A stretch of 64,000 nucleotides of DNA from a virus (IMGVR_UViG_3300037487_000968:1-64000), one strand, 5' to 3'. Positions 1 through 16,169 are shown, counted from the stretch's first letter. The notes: a model not told the origin generated them from the letters alone. Numbers and translations: made by a program.

Positions 1-689
1 GTTTCAAATCCAAATCTTATTGTACCGACACCCAACCATTGATATTCAATAACCAACTGTTGAGCTTTTGTAAAATCAAGTGTCACACCTGATGCACCTG
101 AGCCATTTAATTTGTCTTTATTCCACGCCGATTGTAATACACGTTCTTCTGCACCGGTACCACTTGTTGTCATATATCTACGGACTACACTTATAGATGC
201 ACCATCGGCTTCTAAATAAAGGCCATCACCTTGTGTACTAGGATATGTACCCTGATCTGTGAACATACCAACTCTTTGTCTAACATTTGTAATTAGTTCA
301 TTGAAGTTAAATGTAAATCTAAGCAGAGTACTGATACCAGGTGCATATCGTGTATGATTATATGCTTGAATCCAATATCCAGTACCATTTGTGGTTAGAG
401 TATTTAATTCGGTACCATATAAATTAGTTGTTAATGCTTGTGTACCTAATGCAACCGCAGTAGATTCCCATATCTGCGTTGAAGCAGATGTTAATTGCGA
501 TCCGAAAGTATATTCAAATGCAATTGCGGGTTCTGATACGCGAAGTCTTTCGAAACTGTCTAATGTAGCATCGGCTTCATTAAAATCTACCGTTGCTACT
601 CCTTCAACAACTACCTGGGCAGCATTATATGTTGAGTCTGCATTGATTGCGACACCATTATTGCCGCGAAGTGTTACATCTAGTGCCAT
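1..689 (-). CDS. Putative virion structural protein, running off the left edge of the window (not in the ORF track)
   Basis: Manual translation from the ATG at 689 (RBS GAGG upstream): MALDVTLRGNNGVAINADSTYN...DSFERLRVSEPAIAFEYTFG...WNKDKLNGSGASGVTLDFTKAQQLVIEYQWLGVGTIRFGF. It is open to the window edge. The D-x-F-x-RLRVS and QWLGVG motifs are typical of a common phage structural family. Confidence 0.75.
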   Translation of the reverse strand, partial: MALDVTLRGNNGVAINADSTYNAAQVVVEGVATVDFNEADATLDSFERLRVSEPAIAFEYTFGSQLTSASTQIWESTAVALGTQALTTNLYGTELNTLTTNGTGYWIQAYNHTRYAPGISTLLRFTFNFNELITNVRQRVGMFTDQGTYPSTQGDGLYLEADGASISVVRRYMTTSGTGAEERVLQSAWNKDKLNGSGASGVTLDFTKAQQLVIEYQWLGVGTIRFGFE

Positions 690-700
690 ATTATATCCTC

Positions 701-1678
<978 letters not shown>

Positions 1679-1735
1679 AAGCTCTCCTGTTCAGGTATTA
1701 CCCTGTCTGGTATAAATACCAGTCTTGCTTTGAAC

Positions 1736-1790
1736 TATTTATCATTGAATGAGTATATTACGAATTTATGCGAAGCACCTATGATAAATA
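1736..1790. promoter_or_regulatory. Divergent pair of T4-type late promoter boxes (GATAAATA)
   Basis: TATTTATC at 1736-1743 (minus strand) and GATAAATA at 1783-1790 (plus strand) lie between divergent structural genes. The box is a variant of the T4 gp55 box TATAAATA. Confidence 0.7.
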
Positions 1791-1808
1791 CTAAAACGGA
1801 GATAAGAT

Positions 1809-3026
1809 ATGAGTAGAATTTCGCTTTGGTCACCAGTTAAAGGTGCTGATTTTCAGTTCACTGACCGTACCGTTGGCGAAAATTTTCGTATAGCAGGTGA
1901 TGGTATATTGGTACATTTATACGAAGGACCTACCACAGATTCTACCGGTAATACAGATACATCACTTACAACAATTCAGGACGTATTATTTCTTGCTAAC
2001 AATAATAGAAAATACAATCCTAATGTGATAGAACTCCGTGGGCATCATCAACCCCAGGATGTAAATTACGATCTTTCACAGTTTGGTATCTTTTTAAGTT
2101 CTGATACTATTCGCATACAATTTCATTATACAGATATGATAGATTCTTTAGGTAGAAAACTTATTGCAGGTGATGTATTAGAATTCCCTAGTATGAGAGA
2201 TGTTCCTATATTTGATAATGCTGTCGGTATTAATCGCTATTATGTTGTACAGGACGCATTATATGCTGCTGCTGGATATGGACAAAAATGGTTTCCACAC
2301 ATTTGGCTGGTAAGAGCTAAATTAATGACAGCATCTACCGAATTTACAGAAATTATCGATCAGGCTGCTACCGGACAAACTGCAGGTGGTGTCGGACAAG
2401 GCATAGGTATTATGCCGGACGGATTTACAGATACATCTGTTGATGGTAATCCGGGATTAGGTAAAAACCCCGATATTACAAATTCATTAGATTTATTTTG
2501 TAAGATTATCAAAATCACTGACGAAGTTGTTGCCGAAGCTGAAAAGAATGCTTTCTTTGATCCAAAATTTTTCGAAAGTGCAAACTTATATATCTATATA
2601 GATCCTAACACAAATTATCCTGTAATAGGCAGCAATTATTTTAGTGGTGATGGTGATCCACCTAACGGCGGGCCGTTACTTGGTGCAGGTATAACTTTCC
2701 CGCCGGGAATGACAGATGGACAATATTATCTACGCATTGATTATTTCCCGGAACGATTATTCCAGAAGCAAGGACCGGTATATAAACTAATAGAGGAAAA
2801 TGTATTGAAAAATTGGACTGCATACAATAGAGTACTTGATACATTTATTGATAACAATAAAGATACTGTATTATCAGACGGGACTATTATACCGGAAAAA
2901 CAAGCTGTATCTCAAGTTGTAAAACAAAAAGTAGATTTATATGCTGATAGAAAAACAAGTGTCACCGAAGGCGAAGCTGTAAGATCTGCTGTTGCGAATA
3001 AACGTGCGAAGAAAAAACCTAATTAA
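1809..3026 (+). CDS. Neck/head-completion protein (T4 gp14-like)
   Basis: 405 aa, containing YDLSQFGIFLSSD...GRKLIAGDVLEFP; lies directly before the gp15-like gene and behind a late box. Confidence 0.6.
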   Translation: MSRISLWSPVKGADFQFTDRTVGENFRIAGDGILVHLYEGPTTDSTGNTDTSLTTIQDVLFLANNNRKYNPNVIELRGHHQPQDVNYDLSQFGIFLSSDTIRIQFHYTDMIDSLGRKLIAGDVLEFPSMRDVPIFDNAVGINRYYVVQDALYAAAGYGQKWFPHIWLVRAKLMTASTEFTEIIDQAATGQTAGGVGQGIGIMPDGFTDTSVDGNPGLGKNPDITNSLDLFCKIIKITDEVVAEAEKNAFFDPKFFESANLYIYIDPNTNYPVIGSNYFSGDGDPPNGGPLLGAGITFPPGMTDGQYYLRIDYFPERLFQKQGPVYKLIEENVLKNWTAYNRVLDTFIDNNKDTVLSDGTIIPEKQAVSQVVKQKVDLYADRKTSVTEGEAVRSAVANKRAKKKPN

Positions 3027-3040
3027 ACGAGGCACCTAAA

Positions 3041-4489
3041 ATAGATTATTTTTATGATGGCCAAACACGCCGATACCTACTACAGTTTATGCGAATATTT
3101 TCGGATATGAAATATCGAATGGGACCAGATGCTAATGGCCTATACACAATACAAAGAGTTCCTATCATGTATGGCGACCCTTCATCTATGGTAGCACAAC
3201 TCATTAAAGGTGCAAGTGAAAATACAATGTTGCCTGTACCTATGTTTAGTGCTTATATAGATGGCGTAAAAATGAATGAAAAGAGACGTCAAAGCCCCCA
3301 ATATGTAGGTAAAATTTCTACAGTTGAAAGAGAATATGATGCTTTAACAAAAACATACGGAACCGGTCCCGGAGTTAGGCAGGATGTAGAAAGATATATG
3401 CCTGTACCTTACGATTTTACCTTTAAGTTAGATCTGTGGACAACCAATACAGATATGAAGTTGCAGATTATAGAACAGATTCAAATGATTTTTAATCCGT
3501 CTTTACAACTTCAGCAGAATAGTAATCTTTTAGATTGGACAAGTATATTCGAAGTATGGTTAGAAGATCAGACTTGGACAAATCGTTCTATTCCTCAAGG
3601 CGGGGCAGAAGAACGCGATGTCTTTAGTTTTAAGTTTAAAGTCGAGGGGTGGATTAATCCCCCTGCTAAACTTAAAAGGAGCGGCCTTATTGCTGAAATT
3701 GTTACTCAAGTATTTGCAGTAGATGATGTTCAGAATATAGCAGGACAGTTAGACGGGGTTTATGATCCATTTGCTAATATCGGCAGTAATCCTATACAAA
3801 TTGTTACAACAGAAGGTAATTATAAGGTTTCTGTAGCAAGAAATAGTGTAACCGGTGATAACGAAATTACATTATTAAACGAATTCAGTAAGGTTGATCC
3901 TACATTAAGTTGGTTCAGCCTTATAGAGAAATATGGACAAATTACACCGGGCATTACTAATATTAGATTAAAACTAGACCCTAACCTTGATGTAACTGAT
4001 TCCGATATCATAGGCGGAATAATACAAGATCCTATACGGCAAAATGTGTTGTTATTTACACCAGACATAGATACATACCCTGCAAATACAATTTCACCTA
4101 TATCTGCAATTATTGACCCTATAGAAGTTACACCGGGGCATGGGTTACCAACTGCTGTCGCAGGCCAACGTTATTTACTTACTTCACATAATAGTACAAC
4201 AGAGGAACCTGCAATACCTATAAATGTACCTACAAGTCCGTGGGGACAAGATATTGTAGCATATGCAAACGATATTATAGAATATAATGGAATTAGTTGG
4301 ATTGTTATTTTTGATTCACGAAATGCTGTAGGTAAAAATTATGTAGTAAATAATAGCAATAGTTCACAATACACATTTGATGGAGTAGACTGGACTTATA
4401 CCTATTATGGAATATATAGTCCGGGGTATTGGCGTATAGATAATATAATTTCTGCACCAGACGGACTTACTATAAACAATTATGAGTGA
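3041..4489 (+). CDS. Tail sheath stabilizer / tail completion protein (T4 gp15-like); probable AUA start at 3041
   Basis: Motifs VPIMYG, MPVPYDFTFKLDLWT and QIIEQIQMIFNP are gp15-like. The in-frame N-terminal extension (I)DYFYDGQTRRYLLQFMRIF starts at ATA 3041, with GAGG 8 nt upstream. The ORF track starts at the internal ATG 3089. Confidence 0.75.
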   Translation: MDYFYDGQTRRYLLQFMRIFSDMKYRMGPDANGLYTIQRVPIMYGDPSSMVAQLIKGASENTMLPVPMFSAYIDGVKMNEKRRQSPQYVGKISTVEREYDALTKTYGTGPGVRQDVERYMPVPYDFTFKLDLWTTNTDMKLQIIEQIQMIFNPSLQLQQNSNLLDWTSIFEVWLEDQTWTNRSIPQGGAEERDVFSFKFKVEGWINPPAKLKRSGLIAEIVTQVFAVDDVQNIAGQLDGVYDPFANIGSNPIQIVTTEGNYKVSVARNSVTGDNEITLLNEFSKVDPTLSWFSLIEKYGQITPGITNIRLKLDPNLDVTDSDIIGGIIQDPIRQNVLLFTPDIDTYPANTISPISAIIDPIEVTPGHGLPTAVAGQRYLLTSHNSTTEEPAIPINVPTSPWGQDIVAYANDIIEYNGISWIVIFDSRNAVGKNYVVNNSNSSQYTFDGVDWTYTYYGIYSPGYWRIDNIISAPDGLTINNYE

Positions 4490-4914
4490 CATCGATAAGG
4501 TAGGAGTTGGTACATTATTTGCTTCTACAAAAACAAACAGAATTTTACTAAATCTACGAGCACCGCATAAGACACATTCTATGTGTTGGTCTCTGTGGGG
4601 TGGAATGGTAGAAGAGGGCGAGCAGGCTAAAGAAGCTCTCTTACGTGAATTAACAGAAGAAATGGGATTTGTACCCGATATTGAAAAAATATATCCATTT
4701 GATGTTTATCAAAGTAAAGATAAACATTTTAAGTATGTCAGTTTTGTCTGTGTTGTTGTTGACGAATTTGTCCCAGAATTAAACGATGAAAGTTGTGGAT
4801 ATTGCTGGATAGATCTTGGGCAATGGCCTAAACCAATGCATCAAGGTGCTAAAATAAGTTTTTGTAATACAAAAGCAATTGAAAAAATTAGACTTATATT
4901 AAGTCAACATCAAA

Positions 4915-4922
<8 letters not shown>
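4482..4922 (+). CDS. NUDIX hydrolase
   Basis: Nudix box [23 protein letters not shown]. Confidence 0.9.
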
Positions 4923-9915
<4,993 letters not shown>

Positions 9916-9937
9916 ATAGTTTACCTACCGTTTCATA

Positions 9938-9945
9938 TATTTATC
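9938..9945 (-). promoter_or_regulatory. Late promoter box GATAAATA for the large fiber gene
   Basis: TATTTATC at 9938-9945, about 22 nt upstream of the ATG at 9915 and just downstream of the gp23 terminator. Confidence 0.7.
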
Positions 9946-9971
9946 ATAAAGTTAATAAGATGTTTCGATCA

Positions 9972-9999
9972 TAAAAAAGCCCCTCGGAAGGGGCTCTTT
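9972..9999 (-). terminator. Rho-independent terminator after the major capsid gene
   Basis: Minus strand AGCCCCT-TCCG-AGGGGCT followed by TTTTT, about 26 nt past the gp23 stop. Confidence 0.9.
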
Positions 10000-10024
10000 G
10001 ATAAAATTTACTAACCCGGTTGGA

Positions 10025-11197
10025 TCAATAAAATTTCAACGTGCTGCTATTGATTCCTACTTTCGACAAGTAATCAGCTGCGTTACCGAAGCTGTTTGCT
10101 GTGTTAGTAAGTTCTAAGTATCCATAACGTGTCATGAACGAAACTACAGGCTCGAAAGTCTGTGGATCCATAACTGGACCAACGCTCATTAACGGAATGT
10201 ATGGGCAGTAGTAAGCTGCTGCGTCTGTTTCTGTTGGGCCTTTGTAGCCTAACAAGATTGGGTCGCCATCGCTTGCATATTGGTTAACGTAAACCCGCAT
10301 TGTGCTATTCAATGTACCAACAAACTTTGTGTTTGTAGGTGCTTCGAATGTACCTTCTGTGGTACGAGCAAACGAAGATGTTGTAGCAGACTGAAGAATT
10401 GTTAACGCTGTTGGCGAAACAACTGCCCAGTTAGCTGCGCCACGACGTGTGCGAGCTGCAATCAAGTTAGCTTGTTGGTTGATCATGACAGCAAGAGCAG
10501 CCATTTCGTCACCAACATAAGTTGCTGTACCAGATACAGCGGCTTGATTGAATGTAGTTGGAGCAACTGGAACTAATGAACCTAACTTGTAGATCATTTC
10601 CTGGTCGATTTCAACTGTGATTTCTTGTGCAAGTGCTTGCATGATTTCTGCTTCAATGTCAATACCATGAATAGCATTGGCATCTTGTGCAGCTTCAAAT
10701 GTCCAGCGAGCAGATAACTTACGTGTCTTAGCTTCCACTGTCTCTTTCAAGATTTGGATGCTTAACTTGTTACCTGGGATACCTTCCATACGTGCTGTAG
10801 CAGCAGCAGCAGGATCAGCAACAACTTCGTTACCCGAATATGCTTTAGCAATTTCGAATGGACCAAGTGCTTCTGTACCAGCTGTTACACCAGCTGCGCT
10901 ATTCGCATAACGAACACGCAATGTATGGATTTGGCCGACTGGGCCTGTCATAGGCTGAACGCCCATGATTTCATTTGCAATAACAGTAGGCATGACACGT
11001 CGAATTAACGGTAGCATAACCTTGTTAAGTACGGCAATGTTACCTGCCTGTGTAGCGCCTGCTGTTGCCGATTCTGCCAAGTATCTACGAGTGTTTTCAA
11101 ACACTACGTCCATTGATTGGCGACGGGTTCCTGTTAGGCCTTCTAATAGGGCTTCTTTTGTGGCGCCCCAGTTTGATTCAAATAGCTTTGTTGCCAT
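10025..11197 (-). CDS. gp23: Major capsid protein (T4 gp23-like)
   Basis: LIRRVMPTVIANEIMGVQPMTGPVG, TVEAKTRKLSARWTFEAAQD, YCPYIPL, TFEPVVSFMTRYG. Confidence 0.97.
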   Translation of the reverse strand: MATKLFESNWGATKEALLEGLTGTRRQSMDVVFENTRRYLAESATAGATQAGNIAVLNKVMLPLIRRVMPTVIANEIMGVQPMTGPVGQIHTLRVRYANSAAGVTAGTEALGPFEIAKAYSGNEVVADPAAAATARMEGIPGNKLSIQILKETVEAKTRKLSARWTFEAAQDANAIHGIDIEAEIMQALAQEITVEIDQEMIYKLGSLVPVAPTTFNQAAVSGTATYVGDEMAALAVMINQQANLIAARTRRGAANWAVVSPTALTILQSATTSSFARTTEGTFEAPTNTKFVGTLNSTMRVYVNQYASDGDPILLGYKGPTETDAAAYYCPYIPLMSVGPVMDPQTFEPVVSFMTRYGYLELTNTANSFGNAADYLSKVGINSSTLKFY

Positions 11198-11214
11198 TGT
11201 ATGTTTCTCCTAGA

Positions 11215-12333
11215 TTACTTTCTAATTCCGGCTAAGGACAAAATATGATTTAATTCCGAAGAATCGCTAGACTCTTCATCCTGAGTGACCTTCACTCTGT
11301 TACCTGTATTCGAAGACAATGTTGCTTCGTTCAACTGTGGCTTTGCAGCAGCAGGTTTACGTTCAACAGCCTCATTCAGAACGCTTGGCAAATACTTGTT
11401 GTATGCACCTTGCAAATTCTTTGTCTGTACTGATTCAAGTAACTCTTTCATTACTGACTTCTTGTCCTTAGACAATGGTGCTAGTAATTCGTTCATGACC
11501 TTTTGTCTTTCGACTAAGTCCTGTGTTGCTCTTAATTTGCCATCTAATCCTTCCATAACCGACTTGTTCTTTTTAACTGATTCAGTTAAAGTTGCAAGTT
11601 GACTATTCTTAGATTCGACAACCTTTTGTAGCTTCTTCAGCTCTGTACCTTCATTTAGATACGAAGTCATGAATTCAGCGGCTACACTTTCGAAAATCTT
11701 ACGTCCAAAATCATTTTCACGGGCAACACGAATGTCTTCCTTGAATTGACCAATTTCATTGCGTAAAGTCTTCTCAATGTTTGACTCAATAATTTGAGCA
11801 GCACGCTTGATAAACTGTGTTTTTGTTTCTTGTAGCTTTTGCTTACCTTCGGTAACCATTTTGACTTTTTGTTCCACAAGGGACTTCTTGTCTGCACGGA
11901 ACTCGCGAATTTCTTCGGCAAGTTGCTTTAATAGGAAGTTTTCAAGTTTTCCGAAGTTTTCCTTCATAGCCTTTTTCTCGGCATAAAACTCTTTCATTTC
12001 CTTTGCTACAGCTTCTGTAATGAACTTGTTTAGCATTCCTGTGTGTTCTACTAACTTGCCTTTATAGGCAATACGTTCTGCGACAAGTTTTCTCTTGTCA
12101 TCGGCGAATTCTTCGAGTTCAACGCGGACTTTGTCTGTTAAGAAACGATCCATCGATTCTACTAAAGTGCCCTTGTCGTGTTCAAATTTACGTGCGAATT
12201 CCTCACGGAGTGTTGCAGCAACTTCTTCACGAGCTTCGGATAATCTAGATTCCCAAAGACCAATAATTTGGCCTCTAGTTTCTTCGGATAGCCCTACGCT
12301 TTCGCTCAAGATCTCATCAATTTTTTTTGCCAT
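11215..12333 (-). CDS. gp22: Prohead core scaffold protein (T4 gp22-like)
   Basis: 372 aa E/K-rich coiled coil located between the protease and the capsid gene. Confidence 0.8.
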   Translation of the reverse strand: MAKKIDEILSESVGLSEETRGQIIGLWESRLSEAREEVAATLREEFARKFEHDKGTLVESMDRFLTDKVRVELEEFADDKRKLVAERIAYKGKLVEHTGMLNKFITEAVAKEMKEFYAEKKAMKENFGKLENFLLKQLAEEIREFRADKKSLVEQKVKMVTEGKQKLQETKTQFIKRAAQIIESNIEKTLRNEIGQFKEDIRVARENDFGRKIFESVAAEFMTSYLNEGTELKKLQKVVESKNSQLATLTESVKKNKSVMEGLDGKLRATQDLVERQKVMNELLAPLSKDKKSVMKELLESVQTKNLQGAYNKYLPSVLNEAVERKPAAAKPQLNEATLSSNTGNRVKVTQDEESSDSSELNHILSLAGIRK

Positions 12334-12345
12334 CTTGAGTTCCCC

Positions 12346-12987
12346 TTAAATTTTTAACTCTTGAATAAATCTCTGAATGTCTTTAACGAGCTGTCTCTGT
12401 GCAGCGGCTTCTGTTAATGCTTCCCTTGCGGTCCCCATTATCCTTGAGCCACCCTTCATGTTATAAAGACTTTCATATACTGTTCTCGGAAATGCATTTG
12501 GAGCACTAGGTTGTGCAACAATGTCAACGGTAATAATTTCAAAATCTGAAACAGAACCATCATCACCAACATTTCCTGAACCACGGGAAGATACACCCAA
12601 CTTTGCACCCGACTGTAACAATGTTTTTACAATGTTGCCCATCGGAGTTGGAACAATCTTCAACTTTCCGTATCCATCCGCACCGTCCATCCACATTTCT
12701 GTGATCAGGTGCGCTACGCGATCTAAGTTAATAGAAAGCTCTTCCGGGTGGTCGAGCTCGCCCATAACTGATTGACCGCTACTTAACTTTTCAGTAATAG
12801 AATTGACTGCCCTAGCAATTTCTCTAGCAGGATAAACTCGCTGGTTTTGGTTTCTTACGTCACCCTGAATAAAGATCCCTTTCATGCAGAGATCTTTACC
12901 ACCAGTTTTGTTATCTTCTTCTAGTAATTGAACGTGTGCCTTGTCAAAAGACAAGAACTCGTACAGTTTATTTGCTATAATTGCCAT
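12346..12987 (-). CDS. gp21: Prohead protease (T4 gp21-like)
   Basis: GIFIQGDVRNQNQRVYP, GELDHP, LGVSSRGSG, DIVAQPSAPNA. Confidence 0.95.
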   Translation of the reverse strand: MAIIANKLYEFLSFDKAHVQLLEEDNKTGGKDLCMKGIFIQGDVRNQNQRVYPAREIARAVNSITEKLSSGQSVMGELDHPEELSINLDRVAHLITEMWMDGADGYGKLKIVPTPMGNIVKTLLQSGAKLGVSSRGSGNVGDDGSVSDFEIITVDIVAQPSAPNAFPRTVYESLYNMKGGSRIMGTAREALTEAAAQRQLVKDIQRFIQELKI

Positions 12988-12994
12988 CTATTCC

Positions 12995-14032
12995 TTAGGC
13001 CGGTTTCTTTGTTAGAGGAGACTTACTAAATCCATCACCTGCTGTCTTACCACCGGTAAATTTAGCTGTTGTATCAGCTTTCACTGAAGAATTCTTTGGC
13101 TTAAGATTTACGTTATCAGTTGGTGTCTTGCTTGCTGCTGAATCACCATTGTACTTTCCGTATTCGCCGCCTGTACCGCCGTTGCCGCCGATCTTAGTAG
13201 GTTTTCCACCGTAATCTTTTCTTGCTGGAATATTAGTGAATGATGACTTGGTTTGTTCAGCACCTAATGGTGTGTCTTTACCAGTTCCAACTAACTTTGC
13301 TGTACCGCGTTGGCCTGTATCAGCAACTTTATTTAAGAACTTAGTTTCTTCTTCAACTTTCTTACCCTTGACTTTTTTCTTTGCCTGTGCAGCAACTTCA
13401 AGCTTCTTGGCTTTTTCTTCAAGTGCTTTCTTAGCTTGTTTCTTTTCAAACATGCTTGCAACAACTTCACCAACGACTTTTTCTTCGCCAGCACCGCCGA
13501 AATTAGGCATACCACCTGCTTCTGCATCTGTATCTATTGCTGGTTCGACTTCATCATCACCAAACTCGCCAGCTAAGTCAGCGTGCTCGGGTTCTTGCAT
13601 TTCGTCGCCCATTATTCTGTCAAAGTCTGCACGAAGATCAGCAAGTTGTGATTCTAGATCATCAACTCTCTCTTCTGTAGTTTCTTCGCCACCAAATTCG
13701 TCGTCTTCACCTTCGTCGTCGAATTCACCTTCTTCGTCATCGCTATCTTCATCATCGCCGGCTTCGCCGTCGTTCTGTTGATCAGCGTCTACTTCATCTT
13801 TGTCTGACGAAATTTCTTTAGTAAAATCTTGATCTGGTTCACCACCAACTTCATCGGATTCCTCTAGTTCGTCTTTTTCTTCTTCAACTGCATCATCTTC
13901 TTCATCGACGATGCTTTCGTAAATAGTACGAGCTTTTTCTACGATGATTTGATGGAGAAGTTCTGATGCTTGGTCAGAATCTTCGCTTAATAGCAGATCC
14001 AAAACCTTTTCAAGTTTCTTTTGTTGTGACAT
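12995..14032 (-). CDS. Acidic prohead core/internal protein
   Basis: 345 aa with a D/E-rich middle and K/G-rich C-terminus, at the position of T4 gp67/68 between portal and protease. RBS AAGGAGA. Confidence 0.65.
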   Translation of the reverse strand: MSQQKKLEKVLDLLLSEDSDQASELLHQIIVEKARTIYESIVDEEDDAVEEEKDELEESDEVGGEPDQDFTKEISSDKDEVDADQQNDGEAGDDEDSDDEEGEFDDEGEDDEFGGEETTEERVDDLESQLADLRADFDRIMGDEMQEPEHADLAGEFGDDEVEPAIDTDAEAGGMPNFGGAGEEKVVGEVVASMFEKKQAKKALEEKAKKLEVAAQAKKKVKGKKVEEETKFLNKVADTGQRGTAKLVGTGKDTPLGAEQTKSSFTNIPARKDYGGKPTKIGGNGGTGGEYGKYNGDSAASKTPTDNVNLKPKNSSVKADTTAKFTGGKTAGDGFSKSPLTKKPA

Positions 14033-14206
14033 GCCTAATCTCTCCTTGATTAATTAAAAAATATCCAATATACTATTTATTAGTATTCTAGGTATTTAAC
14101 TCATTGGGGAAGATTATGGCGGGAAATGGCTGTAAAAGATGCCATTTTTTAAAAACTCATTGCGTAGAGTTATTTAGTCTCTATAATAGGGAAATAAACA
14201 ACTAGT

Positions 14207-14434
14207 TTATAGGCTTCCCATTCCACCGGCATCTGGCTCGGCAGATTGCCCATACATATCTGGTAGGAAGTTAAGATGTTGTGCCTTTTCGTACTTTTCG
14301 GCGTCGCGAGATTTTCTTAATTTTTGAATATGAAGCATAGTTAATCTCGGACGGCGAGTATCATCCATTTTTGCCTGGCCTAATTGGTCATCAGCTGGAT
14401 CATAAAATTCTACTAAGATTTCTCGTGCTTGCAT
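14207..14434 (-). CDS. Small head-module protein (possible internal/core protein)
   Basis: 75 aa, containing DDTRRPRLT. An N-terminal L-V-E matches gp21-type cleavage sites. A GATAAATA box sits at 14440-14447. Confidence 0.6.
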   Translation of the reverse strand: MQAREILVEFYDPADDQLGQAKMDDTRRPRLTMLHIQKLRKSRDAEKYEKAQHLNFLPDMYGQSAEPDAGGMGSL

Positions 14435-14452
14435 ATTCTTATTTATCTCTTA

Positions 14453-16165
14453 TCAACTTCCGAAATTATCTACTTCGGTATCTGTTGCGCCGGTGTCTCC
14501 GCCGGGTGCTGCGCCTGCATCGGGTTCTTCACCTTCGGGTGCCATATCATCAATACCGGAACTTGTAATACCTACATCAGATAAGCCCGATGGTGCAGAA
14601 CCGCCTTGTGGCTCTGGAGCAAATGTTTTAGTTAGTCTACTACGCTCTTCTTTCCACATACGTTCATTCTCAGCTATCTGTTCCTCTGACCAATGCAGAT
14701 ATGTCTTTAGAATATATCTCTTTGATACAAACGGTACATCCATTAATGCGGTGAATGTATTAATACGTGCAGAGTCGAGCTCAAGCTGTCTATATTCTGA
14801 GAACGATTGCGGTGGAGTAAATTCTAATTCAAATAAACTATTATCAATTGTAATACCGCGGAACTTTAAGAATAACTTAAATTCCATATCAATTGGTTCA
14901 ATAACCTGCTGTTGATACCGTGTAACAACTTTAGAAAAACGAAACTCTTGAATAAATGCTGTGCCAATTTTGCCATCGCTCATTGCTGCTGTTCCATCTT
15001 CCGGTCCTGTCGGCAAGTACGAACTAGGGACTCCAAGGGCACGAAGCATCTTGTTATTGAAATAACGCAAGTCGTCAATATCACCCAGATTTTCACCACC
15101 TGGCAATACTTCAACTTTAGAACCACGTCCTTCGCTTGTTACAGCAAAGAAGTAATCTTCTAAAATAGACATAGGATTATATGTAGAGTCAACTACATTA
15201 GCACCGCCGCCGGTTCTACTCGGAATACGTTTTTGTTGCACTTCGTAGCGAATACGCTCAAGGTACTGTTGCGCCTTATTTGGTGGCATAGTACCAACAT
15301 CAATAAAGAACATACGGCGCTCTGGCGCACGATGTATGCGATAGATTAAGATAGCATCTTCTATAAGCTCTTTCTGCTTATAAACTTTGTATATTTGCTC
15401 TAGTATGCTAAGGCCGAAGGGCCACGCTGCATTCATGCCGTCTGTAAGCGATAATTGTACAATATGTTCGGCATCTACTGCTGTAGCACCACCGTCTTGA
15501 TAATTTGCTGTTCCGGCACCGCCATATCCACCGGATACATAATTCATATTACCTTGCATAGGTGGGGAAAATATAATACTATTGGAACCAAATGCTTCGT
15601 TTGAAAGCTTATTAAGTTGATTTGTACCAACTAAACTCTTCATATTAAGATCGATATCTTTAATAAAATAGCTTTCAATCTTTTTGCCATCGCTTTCATT
15701 CACAATAACTTTTTCTACTTTAGCAGGATCAACCCAGTAAAGTTTAAAGGATTCGGGATCACGCAAGAAGAATTGATCACCATAAACTAATACAGAACGA
15801 AACATTCTCCATAGTCTACGATTGATTTTATTAAGTCTACACCACTGACCTAACGATTTTTCTAATATCTGAATTTCAGAGGGAGTAGGATCATCATTAA
15901 ATTTAATAACAAGTGGTAGTTTAGATATTTCGTCACATTCTGTCCCGAAGTCAGCAATTGTGTCAATTGCTGCACTAATTTCGTGATCATAATTCATTTG
16001 ATCATATACAGCATATCGCTGTAAACGATCTGGCGGGCCAGAATATACTTCTGGTAACCAATTACTATATTTTGCCGTAGAAGCATAAGCAGATGTACCG
16101 TTGACAGCTCTCTGTGCTACAGGGAGGACTGAATTAACAGGGCGAAAAAACTTTTTCCAAGTCAC
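14453..16165 (-). CDS. gp20: Portal vertex protein (T4 gp20-like)
   Basis: IEDAILIYRIHRAPERRMFFIDVGTMP, SILEDYFF, LPGGENLGDIDDLRYF, ALGVPSSYL. GTG start. Confidence 0.97.
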   Translation of the reverse strand: MTWKKFFRPVNSVLPVAQRAVNGTSAYASTAKYSNWLPEVYSGPPDRLQRYAVYDQMNYDHEISAAIDTIADFGTECDEISKLPLVIKFNDDPTPSEIQILEKSLGQWCRLNKINRRLWRMFRSVLVYGDQFFLRDPESFKLYWVDPAKVEKVIVNESDGKKIESYFIKDIDLNMKSLVGTNQLNKLSNEAFGSNSIIFSPPMQGNMNYVSGGYGGAGTANYQDGGATAVDAEHIVQLSLTDGMNAAWPFGLSILEQIYKVYKQKELIEDAILIYRIHRAPERRMFFIDVGTMPPNKAQQYLERIRYEVQQKRIPSRTGGGANVVDSTYNPMSILEDYFFAVTSEGRGSKVEVLPGGENLGDIDDLRYFNNKMLRALGVPSSYLPTGPEDGTAAMSDGKIGTAFIQEFRFSKVVTRYQQQVIEPIDMEFKLFLKFRGITIDNSLFELEFTPPQSFSEYRQLELDSARINTFTALMDVPFVSKRYILKTYLHWSEEQIAENERMWKEERSRLTKTFAPEPQGGSAPSGLSDVGITSSGIDDMAPEGEEPDAGAAPGGDTGATDTEVDNFGS

Positions 16166-16169
16166 GATA

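Noticed and set aside
14124-14150. Hairpin AAATGGC…GCCATTT plus T-run as a terminator
   Set aside because: The T-run is on the plus strand, opposite to the transcription direction of the flanking genes, and the loop is large; function not supportable.
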